Shown: positions 15,579-24,487, numbered from the stretch's first letter. The stretch is DNA of 25,834 bases from Candidatus Micrarchaeia archaeon (GCA_041650355.1 JBAZLI010000003.1:1-25834); one strand, 5' to 3'. Notes: generated by a model from the sequence alone, not told the origin. Program-made: numbers and translations.

Positions 15579-15884
15579 ATGGGATTGATTCAGGAATTCA
15601 AGGATTTTCTGCATGAATACAAGGTGATGGGGCTTGCAGTGGCTTTCATCATGGCCGTGGCCACGAACACGCTCATAAAGGCGCTCGTTGACGACCTGAT
15701 AATGCCCTTTGTAGGCATAGTGCTCCCGAATGGCGATTGGAAAACCGCGACTCTCGCCCTAGGGCCGCTGCTCCTGAAATGGGGCGACTTCCTGAGCGCG
15801 CTCATAAACTTCCTGATAATGGCATTCGTGGTGTTCATCATCGCGAAGATGGTGCTCAAGGAGGAGAAAGTGACAAAGAAATAA
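15579..15884 (+). CDS. mscL: large-conductance mechanosensitive channel
   Basis: The 101-aa product starts MGLIQEFKDFLHEYKVMGLAVAFIMAVATNTLIKALVDDLIMPFVG, which matches the MscL TM1 consensus (EFK.F..RGNV.DLAVGVIIG..F..IV.SLV.DIIMP). A second TM helix and a charged C-terminal tail follow. The ATG at 15579 was chosen over the ORF-track start at 15483. Confidence 0.8.
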   Translation: MGLIQEFKDFLHEYKVMGLAVAFIMAVATNTLIKALVDDLIMPFVGIVLPNGDWKTATLALGPLLLKWGDFLSALINFLIMAFVVFIIAKMVLKEEKVTKK

Positions 15885-16031
15885 TTTTCCTTTTTTGTTG
15901 TATTTGTAAATTCGAACGCGGTTCTCATTTACAAATGCCCAAAAATTTTTGCTAAAATTTCTGGCATGCTTTTTTAAATCTGCACATCCAAAACATTTTA
16001 CTTCTATACATCTATTCATCAGTGATGCTGG

Positions 16032-17114
16032 ATGATTCCTAACATATACCAGGGCGATTATCGCAGGCTGATAATATTCCCGCTCATACTCCTGGCCGTT
16101 TCGGCGTTCTTCATTCCGCAGATAAAGCTCGGGGTGGACTTCCAGGGAGGAACCCTCATCATAATAGACCTGGAGGAGCACGTGGACGCGGACCAATTGC
16201 GCAACAGCCTCGCGTTGGAAGGCCTCTCAGGAACCGTGAAAGTGTACACCACCTCATTCGGGGAAAAAGCCGAGGTGGAAATCCCGCAGAATCCGGATTT
16301 GGTGAAAGCGGATTCCTTGATAGGCCTGTTCAACACAAAACTGGAAGAGGTTTCCAGGCTGGAAGCCCAGGCGAACGCCAATTCCTCGTACATGGGCCAA
16401 TACCTTGACGAGCGGAAGAACCTGAACAACATTTCCAATTCCTTATTCGCGCTCGCAGGCAACGACACGAATGCCGGGGATTTCGAAAACCTGAACGCGC
16501 TCAAGTCCGCTGTTTCAGCTTCTTACCGTTCAGTCTACGACAATTACAAATCCACAATCTCCAAGTCAATAGACAAATACGTGAAATACAGCTCGTTCAG
16601 CATACAGAGCGTCAGCCCGGCGCTTAGCGCCCAGTTCATAACCAACGCCCTCAACGTGGCGGCAATAGCAGCAATCCTCACCACCATCCTGGTATTCATC
16701 TTTTTCAGGGACTTCATACCCAGCATCGCGGTCATAACTGGCGCGCTGTGCGACGTGTTCATCGCATTGGGCGCGATGGGGCTCTTGGGAATCCCGTTCA
16801 CGCTAGCTTCCTTCGCAGCCCTGCTGATGATCCTAGGTTTTTCGCTGGACACGGACATACTGCTCACGATGAGGATGCTCAAGCGCGCAGGGGACCCCAG
16901 GGAAAAGGCGTTCGACGCGATGAAGACCGGCGTGACGATGAGCGTCACCGCGTTCTTCTCATTCCTCATACTTTACCTGATAAGCATGTACACGCACATC
17001 GCAATCTATTCCGAAATCTCGGGAGTCGCGCTCGCGGGCCTGTTCGGCGACATATTCGCCACATGGTGCATAAACGCGGTCGTGCTCCTGCTTCACGTGG
17101 AGGGAAAATTATGA
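16032..17114 (+). CDS. secF: protein-export membrane protein SecF
   Basis: The 360-aa product has an N-terminal TM helix, GVDFQGGTLIII, a periplasmic domain, then a C-terminal six-TM bundle (DVFIALGAMGLLGIPFTLASFAALLMILGFSLDTDILL). Its stop overlaps the secD start as ATGA. Confidence 0.85.
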   Translation: MIPNIYQGDYRRLIIFPLILLAVSAFFIPQIKLGVDFQGGTLIIIDLEEHVDADQLRNSLALEGLSGTVKVYTTSFGEKAEVEIPQNPDLVKADSLIGLFNTKLEEVSRLEAQANANSSYMGQYLDERKNLNNISNSLFALAGNDTNAGDFENLNALKSAVSASYRSVYDNYKSTISKSIDKYVKYSSFSIQSVSPALSAQFITNALNVAAIAAILTTILVFIFFRDFIPSIAVITGALCDVFIALGAMGLLGIPFTLASFAALLMILGFSLDTDILLTMRMLKRAGDPREKAFDAMKTGVTMSVTAFFSFLILYLISMYTHIAIYSEISGVALAGLFGDIFATWCINAVVLLLHVEGKL

Positions 17115-18763
17115 TAGCTGACCTGCTCAAGGAAAGGAGGAACCAGCTCCTGCTCGCGCTCTTCGCGCTCTTCCTAGGCGGCACTTTGCTCTATTCCAAA
17201 TACTCCGGGCTCATACTCCTGTTCGCGTTCTTCCTTTTCGGGACTTTCTCCACCGTGTGGAAGAACAAGAACGCGCGCTTCCTTTCCCTAGCGCTCCTGA
17301 TAGTGCTTTCATTGGCCAACGTCGCGTTCAACGGCGTGAAATTCGGGATAGACTTCTCAGGGGGAACCAGGATACCAGTGGTGCTCGAGCACTCAGTGAG
17401 CGAGTCCACCATGACCGAAATGGTGCAAATAATAAAGAGCAGGGCCTCGGTCCTCGGTCTTACGGAAGTGAAGGTCCGCGCGGTCGGAACCTCGCAGATA
17501 GACGTGGAGGTTCCGGGCACGGACGAGAACCTGATAAAGAGCATAGAGGATGTCCTGAGGCACCAGGGTGTTTTCGAAGGGATAGTGGACGGTAAAGTCG
17601 CGCTTAGCGGCGAGGACATACTTCCTGGAACCATATACTCCATATCCGCGACCCAGCTGAGCGGAGCTGACTGGGGCGTGGGATTCTCAGTCACCAGGAG
17701 CGGCGCTGACGCGTTCGCCCAGACGGTGAAGGGGAAAGCAGAGTACCCATTGTACATGTTCCTCGACAGGCCCAAGGACGCGGCGATTTTCATCTCCCTG
17801 GAGGACCTCAAGGGAGGCAAGACCATCGCGGACAAGGACGTGCTGGAAATGGCCAACAAGTCCCTGCGGCTCGACGGGGACGACATCCAGCTTTTCATAC
17901 TGGACGATTTCGGCTACAACGCGACCGCGAACGGCACTAAGGCCCTGGTTTCCGCGAACTTGGACAATTCCACCAAAGAGAAAATACGCTCGCTCGGCTT
18001 CAACGTCACCGAAGTCGAGGACATAAAGCCGGTGTTCAGGACCGGCGCTTCGGCCCGCGACTCGGCGATGGAGCAGTGGCCCGCGATAGGGCTGCTTTCA
18101 GCGCCCCGCCTCTCCGCCGGAGTGACCAACGGCGTGCCTTCCTACGGATACTCCATAACAGGCGCGGCTCAGGGCGTGGGCACCGAGCGCGCGGTGAACG
18201 CGCAGAACGAAGTGAAAAAAATCACCTCGATTTTGAAAGGCGGCTCGCTTCCGGTCCAAATCTCATTGGGCAGCAGGACCTCCATCCCTGCGCCGCTCGG
18301 ACAGCAGTTCCTCCAGCTCAGCCTCCTGGGCATACTCGCATCCATAATCGCGATATCCCTTTTCGTTTCGGTGCGGTACAGGCACTGGAAGCTCGTGCTC
18401 CCCATAGTCGCGGTGAGCATTTCCGAGCTCATAATACTCGTTTCCCTGCTCGGCTCGTTCACAATTGATTTGGCGGGCATGGCCGGAATCCTCGCGGCCC
18501 TAGGAGTCGGAGTGGATTCGCAGATAGTCATTACCGACGAACTGGCGAAGAAGGACGGGAAGAACCACGAGGAAAAGCTCTCGCACGCGTTTGACATCAT
18601 AACGACCAACGTCGCTGTCGCGGTTGTTGCAATGCTGCCCCTGCTTTTCAGCGGCATGGTAGAGATAATCGGGTTCGCGCTCTCCACCATAATAGGCTCA
18701 CTGCTCGGATTCATGCTCTCCAGGCCGGTCTACGCGCTCCTCGTGGAGAAGCTGATGGAATAA
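17111..18763 (+). CDS. secD: protein-export membrane protein SecD
   Basis: The 550-aa product starts MIADLLKERRNQLLLALFALFLGG. It has GIDFSGGTRI, a large extracytoplasmic domain and a C-terminal TM bundle (GMAGILAALGVGVDSQIVI). GGAGGG lies upstream. The ORF-track start at 16748 is an artefact, because that portion overlaps secF in another frame. Confidence 0.85.
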   Translation: MIADLLKERRNQLLLALFALFLGGTLLYSKYSGLILLFAFFLFGTFSTVWKNKNARFLSLALLIVLSLANVAFNGVKFGIDFSGGTRIPVVLEHSVSESTMTEMVQIIKSRASVLGLTEVKVRAVGTSQIDVEVPGTDENLIKSIEDVLRHQGVFEGIVDGKVALSGEDILPGTIYSISATQLSGADWGVGFSVTRSGADAFAQTVKGKAEYPLYMFLDRPKDAAIFISLEDLKGGKTIADKDVLEMANKSLRLDGDDIQLFILDDFGYNATANGTKALVSANLDNSTKEKIRSLGFNVTEVEDIKPVFRTGASARDSAMEQWPAIGLLSAPRLSAGVTNGVPSYGYSITGAAQGVGTERAVNAQNEVKKITSILKGGSLPVQISLGSRTSIPAPLGQQFLQLSLLGILASIIAISLFVSVRYRHWKLVLPIVAVSISELIILVSLLGSFTIDLAGMAGILAALGVGVDSQIVITDELAKKDGKNHEEKLSHAFDIITTNVAVAVVAMLPLLFSGMVEIIGFALSTIIGSLLGFMLSRPVYALLVEKLME

Positions 18764-18824
18764 ACAATTTTTGACCCTCAGTCCCCTAGCGCAAGCCATA
18801 TAAATCTTTTCGCCGTAACCATAT

Positions 18825-19043
18825 ATGGTGATGTGTATGCTCAAAACCACAGTGCTTCTCCGCGAAGACGTCTACGAGATGCTGGTGCGGGAGTTCGGGA
18901 AAAGGAACGTCTCCAAAGGCATAAACGAGTACCTGTTCGAGCATATGTTCACTGAGAATCAGAAAGACATGTTCGCCAAGGACAAATGGCTGCAGAAAGC
19001 AGGAACCAGGGACCTGAGGGACCACCATGAGCGTGACCTTTGA
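18825..19043 (+). CDS. vapB: putative antitoxin (VapB-like small DNA-binding protein)
   Basis: A 72-aa ORF lies immediately upstream of a PIN-domain gene and overlaps it by 17 nt. The overlap is classic type II TA architecture. The TATA-like catataaatc is at 18804-18813. The start may instead be the ATG at 18837 (MLKTTVLL), giving a leaderless transcript. Confidence 0.5.
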   Translation: MVMCMLKTTVLLREDVYEMLVREFGKRNVSKGINEYLFEHMFTENQKDMFAKDKWLQKAGTRDLRDHHERDL

Positions 19044-19395
19044 CAGCTATGCCTGGATAGAATATTTTTCCGGGAGCACGAAAGGGGAACGCGTCAGGCG
19101 CATTGTGGATGACACAGGGCAGATATTCACGCCTTCCATCTGCCTGATGGAAATAGTTTCAAAATACATCCGTGAGGGAAAACCTTTCGCGGACAGGGCG
19201 GATTTCATCATGTCCCGCAGCAGTATAATAGACATCACCAAGGAGATTTCCCTGCTTGCGGCCGAGCTCAAGGAGAAAGAGAAGCTGCCTGGAGTGGATG
19301 CCCTAATATACGCGTGCGCCCGGTCCAGGAGTTCCAACCTGCTCACCGGAGACCAGCATTTCCGCGGCAAGGACGGAATAGATTTCCTGGATTGA
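19027..19395 (+). CDS. vapC: PIN-domain ribonuclease toxin (VapC family)
   Basis: The 122-aa product starts MSVTFDSYAWIEYFSG. An acidic residue at position 6 begins the PIN fold. It has ICLMEIVSKY and a C-terminal GDQHF, which are PIN catalytic acidic positions. Confidence 0.7.
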   Translation: MSVTFDSYAWIEYFSGSTKGERVRRIVDDTGQIFTPSICLMEIVSKYIREGKPFADRADFIMSRSSIIDITKEISLLAAELKEKEKLPGVDALIYACARSRSSNLLTGDQHFRGKDGIDFLD

Positions 19396-19446
19396 ACAAA
19401 ACACGCATTTATATTTTTGCATTTCCATCCTACTTCGGGTGCTGCT

Positions 19447-19932
19447 ATGGAAAAACTCTACGAAGATGCGGAAACCGGATGCTGCCCGCGGTTCGACCCC
19501 GGACCCTGGGACAAAAAGCGGATAACCTGGAAGAACAAGCTGTTCCTCAAGGACCGCGTATTAAGCATTTTTCACATCCCGCTGAATTTCGGCCAGGTAA
19601 TCGTGAAGAACATGGAAATGATACAAAAGGCGGACGCGCTTTCTCCCAAGCCGCTCATGCTCTCGGACGAGAATTCCATTTTCGGAAGCGACGTGTACAT
19701 CGCAACTTCCAAGGAAGTCCCGGGCGCGAACATGGTGAAGATTTCCGGAACGTTCCTCTCGAAAGTTTTCGAAGGCCCTTACCAGGACATGGGCAAATGG
19801 ATTGCCGAAATGCACGAATACGCAAAATCGGAAAAGGAGGAGCCCAAGAAAACGTATTTCTTCTACACCACCTGCCCGAACTGCGCAAAGCACTACGGCA
19901 AGAATTACACTGTAATTCTAATGCAGGTCTGA
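19447..19932 (+). CDS. conserved hypothetical protein
   Basis: The 161-aa product starts MEKLYEDAETGCCPRFDPGPWDKK and has a C-terminal FFYTTCPNCAKHYGKNYTVIL. Its composition is coding-like and consistent with neighbouring genes. I do not recognise the family with confidence. The ATG at 19447 is verified. Confidence 0.5.
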   Translation: MEKLYEDAETGCCPRFDPGPWDKKRITWKNKLFLKDRVLSIFHIPLNFGQVIVKNMEMIQKADALSPKPLMLSDENSIFGSDVYIATSKEVPGANMVKISGTFLSKVFEGPYQDMGKWIAEMHEYAKSEKEEPKKTYFFYTTCPNCAKHYGKNYTVILMQV

Positions 19933-19956
19933 CGATTTGCCCCAATCGAAATAGTT

Positions 19957-20643
19957 CTATTCCTTCACGACAGTTCCGTTGTGCGATTTTCCTTCAATGG
20001 CTTTCTTCACGTCCTCAAGGTTCCTTCCATTCACGAAATGGGCCTCGATTTTGGAGCGCGCGATGAGCTTGCACGCCAGCAAATCGAACACGAAGTTCTC
20101 CCCTGCCCTGCGCGAATCCCCCTTTGTCGCCAATTCAATCAGCTCCGCGTACTTCATCCTCTGGAACTTCTTAGCCTTGGGGTTGTTCCTCGGGTTCGAA
20201 TCGTAAATCCCATCCACGTTGCTCATGTTCACGAGCCTTTTCGCGTGCAGCGCCTCTGCAAGCAAAGCGGAATCAGTGTCCGTGCTTATCCCGGGGATGG
20301 TCCCGCCCATGACCACGATCCTGTGGTCCATCGCAGCGTTGCGCGCCTCGTTGAAATTCGTGATCACTTTGGGGTGCGCGTGCCCTGCGAGCGCGCCTCT
20401 AATCAGCGCGGCGTTCTGCCTGGTGCTCACAATCGCTATCTCGTCCGCCTCGAATTCGTTCGAGCCCAGCTCGCGCGCCGCCTGCGCGTAAATCCTCGCG
20501 GTCCTCCCGCCCCCTGTGACAATCCCGAAATTCAGCCTGCTTTCAGCAAGAACCTTCACCAGCTTCTTCACGAATTCCGCGTCCGGCGTGCCTTCGGGGT
20601 TTATTATGCCCCCTCCAAGAGAAAGAACTATCCATTCAGCCAT
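19957..20643 (-). CDS. pyrH: uridylate (UMP) kinase, archaeal type
   Basis: The 228-aa product has LSLGGGII, IVTGGGRTARIY, IVVMGGTIPGISTDTDSALLAE and NVDGIYDSNP, which are amino-acid kinase family signatures. Confidence 0.9.
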   Translation of the reverse strand: MAEWIVLSLGGGIINPEGTPDAEFVKKLVKVLAESRLNFGIVTGGGRTARIYAQAARELGSNEFEADEIAIVSTRQNAALIRGALAGHAHPKVITNFNEARNAAMDHRIVVMGGTIPGISTDTDSALLAEALHAKRLVNMSNVDGIYDSNPRNNPKAKKFQRMKYAELIELATKGDSRRAGENFVFDLLACKLIARSKIEAHFVNGRNLEDVKKAIEGKSHNGTVVKE

Positions 20644-20712
20644 GCAATCACGCGTTTATTTGTTCGCCCATATTTTAAACGTTTGCCGGCCTTAACCTAT
20701 CCAGGTGTTTTG
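20644..20712. promoter_or_regulatory. divergent promoter between pyrH(-) and the translin-like gene(+)
   Basis: cccatattttaaacgtttgcc. A TATA-like motif lies about 30 nt upstream of the ATG at 20713. Confidence 0.4.
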
Positions 20713-21255
20713 ATGCTTGACATAAAGGACATAGAAAAAGCGCTGATAAAAAAAGAGGCAGTTCTCGACGAGCTGATAAGGAAGAACAGGGAGATAGTGC
20801 GCACCACCGCGAATTCCATCAAGGAGATGCACGCCGGAAAGCCCGCAGAGGCGAAGAAGCTCCTGGATTCAGCGGAGAAGGAGATGCGCGCCCTCTCGGC
20901 TTTGGTTTCCGAACACGGCATGGACTCCCACCACATAATGCAGGAGTACGCCGAGGCGCGAATACTTCTATTTGCGATAGAGCGGAAAGAGCTTCCTTCC
21001 AGCACCGACCTTGGCGTAACTCCTGAATCCTACCTGAGCGGGCTCCTGGACTGCATGGGCGAGCTCAAGCGCGAGATGTACGAGTCCCTGCGGAAAGGGA
21101 AGCGCGAGGACGCTGAGTACTTCTTCGGGCTCATGGAAAAAATCTACGACGAGCTTTTGCCGCTCAAGTTCTCGTCCGCGCTCCTTCCGGATTTCAGGAG
21201 GAAGCAGGACGTCGCGAGGATGCAGATAGAACAAGCCAGAGGCGAACTTTTATAA
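20713..21255 (+). CDS. all-alpha protein, translin-family candidate
   Basis: The 180-aa product is predicted to be all-helical. SGLLDCMGELKREMYESLRKG and EYFFGLMEKIYDELL resemble translin/TRAX helices. The assignment is by recall only. The ORF-track start at 19981 is an artefact overlapping pyrH. Confidence 0.35.
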   Translation: MLDIKDIEKALIKKEAVLDELIRKNREIVRTTANSIKEMHAGKPAEAKKLLDSAEKEMRALSALVSEHGMDSHHIMQEYAEARILLFAIERKELPSSTDLGVTPESYLSGLLDCMGELKREMYESLRKGKREDAEYFFGLMEKIYDELLPLKFSSALLPDFRRKQDVARMQIEQARGELL

Positions 21256-21285
21256 ATTTTTTAAATGATTTAGGACCGTGAAAAC

Positions 21286-22344
21286 ATGAAAAAACTCCTC
21301 CTGCTCCTTCCGGCGCTGCTCATTCTCCTCGCCGGCTGCCCTGGGACGCCTCCGGACCAGCCCCCGCAGCAGAACATCACCATTACCCATGTGAACGTGA
21401 GCCAGTTCACCGTTACCATGGAAACGGAAACGATAATAACCGGCGAAAACGTGATAGTGATAAACAACACCCAAAACGAGACCAACACGACCGCGAACAG
21501 GAGCATACCCGATTACACTTTCAACCCGAACCAGACGCTCGCGGTTTATTTCATAAACGTCTCGTACATAAAGGATTGGTCCCCCAACGCGAGCAATGAG
21601 CGCCAGGGCGAGGCGATACTCCTGAAAAAAGGGGATGCCGACATACTCATAGACGCAGGCCCGAAGGAGCGCGCCGTTTATCTGGTAAACTTCCTGAGGG
21701 AAAAAGGCGTGGATGATATAGATCTCCTGGTTTCCACGCATGCGCGGCCCGAGAACTACGGAGGGATGGACACGCTCCTGGACCACATAGATGTGGAAAT
21801 GTTCCTCTGGACAGGCTACGACGGCGGGGATTCCGCCTACGCGGCGGCAGTCCAGAAGGCCAAGAGCGAAAGCAGGAAATCCATGGAATCCAAGTACCTC
21901 CAGAACATCAGCATAAATGGAATAAACATCCTGGTGATAAACCCCCGGGACGGCGACGCGCGCTTCAAGTCCATAGACAACGACGGCATAGTGCTCAAGA
22001 TAACCGACAGGAACTTCTCGCTCATGACCACCGGGGACATAGCCTACGGCGCGCAAACCCTGATAGCCAATGCTCCGGACTACAGCCCTGCGTGCAACGT
22101 GCTCCAGATACCGAATTCCGGCCTTGGGACAGGGAGCTCGCAGATAGACGTGTTCCTGGTGAAGGTGAAGCCCCAGTCCGCGATAATAACCGGCTCGCAT
22201 TTCGACCCTGCGAACGAGCGCTATTCGCTGACCGAGCGCCTCAAGCTCAGGAACATCACCTACTACACTAATTTCCAGAACAAATCAACCAATGTGGTGA
22301 AAATAGTCACGGACGGCTACACCTACTCAATTTTGACCAGCTAG
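21286..22344 (+). CDS. lipobox lipoprotein with metallo-beta-lactamase fold (ComEC/Rec2-like MBL domain), N-glycosylation-sequon rich
   Basis: The 352-aa product starts MKKLLLLLPALLILLAGC, a signal peptide plus a lipobox Cys. A Pro/Gln linker follows, then GEAILLKKGDADILIDAGPKE, VSTHARPENYGGMDTLL and TGDIAYGAQTLIA, which are MBL-fold elements of ComEC-type beta-lactamase domains. It has about 13 N-x-S/T sequons. Confidence 0.6.
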   Translation: MKKLLLLLPALLILLAGCPGTPPDQPPQQNITITHVNVSQFTVTMETETIITGENVIVINNTQNETNTTANRSIPDYTFNPNQTLAVYFINVSYIKDWSPNASNERQGEAILLKKGDADILIDAGPKERAVYLVNFLREKGVDDIDLLVSTHARPENYGGMDTLLDHIDVEMFLWTGYDGGDSAYAAAVQKAKSESRKSMESKYLQNISINGINILVINPRDGDARFKSIDNDGIVLKITDRNFSLMTTGDIAYGAQTLIANAPDYSPACNVLQIPNSGLGTGSSQIDVFLVKVKPQSAIITGSHFDPANERYSLTERLKLRNITYYTNFQNKSTNVVKIVTDGYTYSILTS

Positions 22345-22492
22345 ATTTTGCCGGAAAAAAGAAACGGGTGAGTGCAGGAGCAAGGCAAGCTGAAGACAAG
22401 AGATAAAGGATGAGAAAGATAAAAAGACAAGGGAAAATAGAAAAAAAGGTCCGGAAAAAACAGGAAATAAGGCTAAAAGAGAAAAAGAAATG
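22345..22492. repeat. ~150-nt strand-asymmetric purine tract (the pyrimidine/oligo-T side is the psmA 3' UTR)
   Basis: The plus strand is almost exclusively A/G (ccggaaaaaagaaacgggtgagtgcaggagcaaggcaag...ggtccggaaaaaacaggaaataagg). It is bracketed by a direct repeat CCGGAAAAAA. On the minus strand it supplies multiple oligo-T terminators downstream of psmA. Confidence 0.5.
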
Positions 22493-23200
22493 CTATTTCA
22501 GGAACTTCGCGATCTCCTTCTCGCTCATCGTCACGAACTTCTTCCTGCTCCCTTCGACATAGGAGATTTCCACGTTTTCCCCCTGGAGCTTCTCCTCGCT
22601 GGTCTTCTTGAGCGCGTTGAGCGCGAGCCCTATCGCATCGTCCAGGCCCATGCCATCCTTGTACCCCTTTTCCAGAATCTCGTCCACTTCCTTTTTCCCG
22701 CTCCCTATGGAATCGGCCTTGAACCCGGTCATCGCCCCTGAAGGCTCGGCCTCGTACAGCCTCGGCCTGTCGTCATAACCAGCTATGAGCAGGGAAACAC
22801 CGAACGGCCTTATCCCGCCGTACTGCGTGTAAACCTGCATGAGGTCGCAGATGTCCCTCGCAATGGTCTCCACGGGTGCCGGCTCGCTGTAGCTCAGCCT
22901 GTGCTTCTGCGCCTCCAGGCGCCCTGTATCCACCAGCTTCCTCGCGTCCGCGATGAGCCCGGAAGCCGTGAAGGCGATGTGCGAATCTATGTCGAACACC
23001 TTCTTGAGCGAGTCCGGCACTATGAGCTTGCTGTAAGTGCTTTTGTGCGCTATGAGCGCGACGCTGTCCTTCGCGACTATTCCTATCGCGGTTGCGCCTC
23101 TTTTCACTGCCTCCTTTGCGTATTCAACCTGGAACAGCCTGCCGTCCGGGCTGAACACAGTGATGGCCCGGTCGTATGCCTGCGGAGAAACCCCGTACAT
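22493..23200 (-). CDS. psmA: proteasome subunit alpha
   Basis: The 235-aa product has YDRAITVFSPDGRLFQVEYAKEAVKRGATAIG, the canonical proteasome alpha N-terminus. It continues GLIADARKLV and IRPFGVSLLIAGYD. Confidence 0.9.
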   Translation of the reverse strand: MYGVSPQAYDRAITVFSPDGRLFQVEYAKEAVKRGATAIGIVAKDSVALIAHKSTYSKLIVPDSLKKVFDIDSHIAFTASGLIADARKLVDTGRLEAQKHRLSYSEPAPVETIARDICDLMQVYTQYGGIRPFGVSLLIAGYDDRPRLYEAEPSGAMTGFKADSIGSGKKEVDEILEKGYKDGMGLDDAIGLALNALKKTSEEKLQGENVEISYVEGSRKKFVTMSEKEIAKFLK

Positions 23201-23302
23201 AAATTCACCTCGTTAATCTCACTCCTAAATTAGTTTCACCGGTATTGTGAACCTATTTCATATATAAATCTATTCATTCTTATTGCTGAACGGGAGGTAA
23301 TA

Positions 23303-23701
23303 ATGCGGCTTGTTCATCTGCTTTACGCATCACTTTTCGTTCCGCTGGCTTTCGCCTACACACTGGAGCAGCTCGCGCTTCCGGCATTGTGCATTTCCGC
23401 ATTCGCGATACTTCTGGCAATCGCGGCTGCCGCCTTCATATACTATAATGCAGAAAATAAAGAAGAGAGCCAGGAAGAAGAGCGTTCTGATTCAATCCAG
23501 CCGGAAAAACCCGCACACAGCCCGGCCTCCGGCGCCCATCCAGCCCATGCGGCTTCTTTGGCCCGCCAGGCACAGTCCGAGCCAATCCCGGCCCATAACT
23601 CCGGGCGCAAAATGCTCATGGCGCTTTTCGTGCCTGCGCAGAAATCCAACGGCTGGAAATCAGAAACAAGGGCCCGGATGTTCAGCATCTCAGAGAACTA
23701 G
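23303..23701 (+). CDS. small membrane protein, hypothetical
   Basis: The 132-aa product has two N-terminal hydrophobic helices, then a Pro/His/Ala-rich acidic tail. A strong GGGAGGT Shine-Dalgarno motif lies 5 nt before the ATG, and a catatataaatc TATA is upstream. Confidence 0.45.
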   Translation: MRLVHLLYASLFVPLAFAYTLEQLALPALCISAFAILLAIAAAAFIYYNAENKEESQEEERSDSIQPEKPAHSPASGAHPAHAASLARQAQSEPIPAHNSGRKMLMALFVPAQKSNGWKSETRARMFSISEN

Positions 23702-23704
23702 CAA

Positions 23705-24487
23705 TCATTTCCTCTTCCTGGATTTCGCAGGGCTTTTTTTCACGTTTCCCCTTGGTCCACGCTTCTCCTTCCTCCCTGGCCCGCGCTTCGCTTTTCGGAG
23801 CTTGCGCGAAGTTTTCACCGAACCTCCACGCATGCGCGGAAGCGCATTCCTGATTGCGGAAGATATCCCCTCGTACACGTTCTCGTCCACCACCCCCAAG
23901 TAAATCCCCTTGCCGAAAGGGGTGGGCTGCTCCGCGTTCGCGACCACGACGCGCACCTTCTTCCCTACCTCCAGCCCGCCGAGCTCAGCCCTGGAGCTTT
24001 CTATTTCCCCGCTCCCGTTGAGCGAGTATATGTCCAGGTGCGTCGGAGTGGCCAGCACGAGCACGCTCTGCTCCGGGCTGCCGCCCCTCTTTATCGCGCA
24101 TCCGCAAACCATTTCGTAATCAGGAATCTCCATGCCCTTCGCGCGCTCCGCGAGGTCCGAAGTCTCGAACGCCCCCTCGTTCCCGTTGAAGGAAAGCCCG
24201 TTGGTTATGCGCGTGACGCTCCTGTGCGGGTCCACCATGCTCCTTTCAACGGTCCATTCGTTCACTTTCAGGAGCTCTTCGCTCAGCTCCAGATTGAATT
24301 TCAATTGCTTCAGAATCCTGCGCCTCGCCAGCGCCCTCGTATTCAATATCATCTCCGCGATTTCCGCCTGCTTTATGTTCCCCTCCATTGCATTCCCGGG
24401 CGCATGCGCTTCGCTGAATTTTTTCCTTTTTTCTCGTTCCTTTACAGCAAAAGCTTCCCGCCTCTTCGCGAGCTTCATGCGTTCCAT
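23705..24487 (-). CDS. hypothetical nucleic-acid-binding protein with Lys/Arg-rich N- and C-terminal tails
   Basis: The product is about 260 aa from MERMKLAKRREAFAVKEREKRKK to GPGRKEKRGPRGNVKKSPAKSRKRK. A central beta-rich region has VGKKVRVVVANAEQPTPFGKGIYLGVV. The ORF-track start at 24565 would place a TTTTAAATTA TATA box inside the coding sequence. The internal ATG at 24487, about 22 nt downstream of that TATA, is the more likely leaderless start. Confidence 0.45.
   Translation of the reverse strand: MERMKLAKRREAFAVKEREKRKKFSEAHAPGNAMEGNIKQAEIAEMILNTRALARRRILKQLKFNLELSEELLKVNEWTVERSMVDPHRSVTRITNGLSFNGNEGAFETSDLAERAKGMEIPDYEMVCGCAIKRGGSPEQSVLVLATPTHLDIYSLNGSGEIESSRAELGGLEVGKKVRVVVANAEQPTPFGKGIYLGVVDENVYEGISSAIRNALPRMRGGSVKTSRKLRKAKRGPGRKEKRGPRGNVKKSPAKSRKRK

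Noticed and set aside
16748-17110. 121-codon 5' extension of the secD ORF, Arg/His/Asp-rich
   Set aside because: It lies in a different frame over the well-supported C-terminal TM bundle of SecF. The secD ATG at 17111 overlaps the secF stop (ATGA) and has a GGAGGG SD motif.
19981-20712. 244-codon 5' extension of the translin-like ORF, and the 250-aa ORF 19314..20066
   Set aside because: Both run antisense through pyrH, whose amino-acid-kinase motifs are unambiguous. The real start at 20713 follows a TATA-like box.
21250-22200. 316-aa minus-strand ORF rich in Tyr/Val/Gly/His
   Set aside because: It is the exact antisense of the lipobox MBL-fold gene. The repetitive Y/V/H composition is the complement signature of the Asn/Thr/Ile-rich sense strand.
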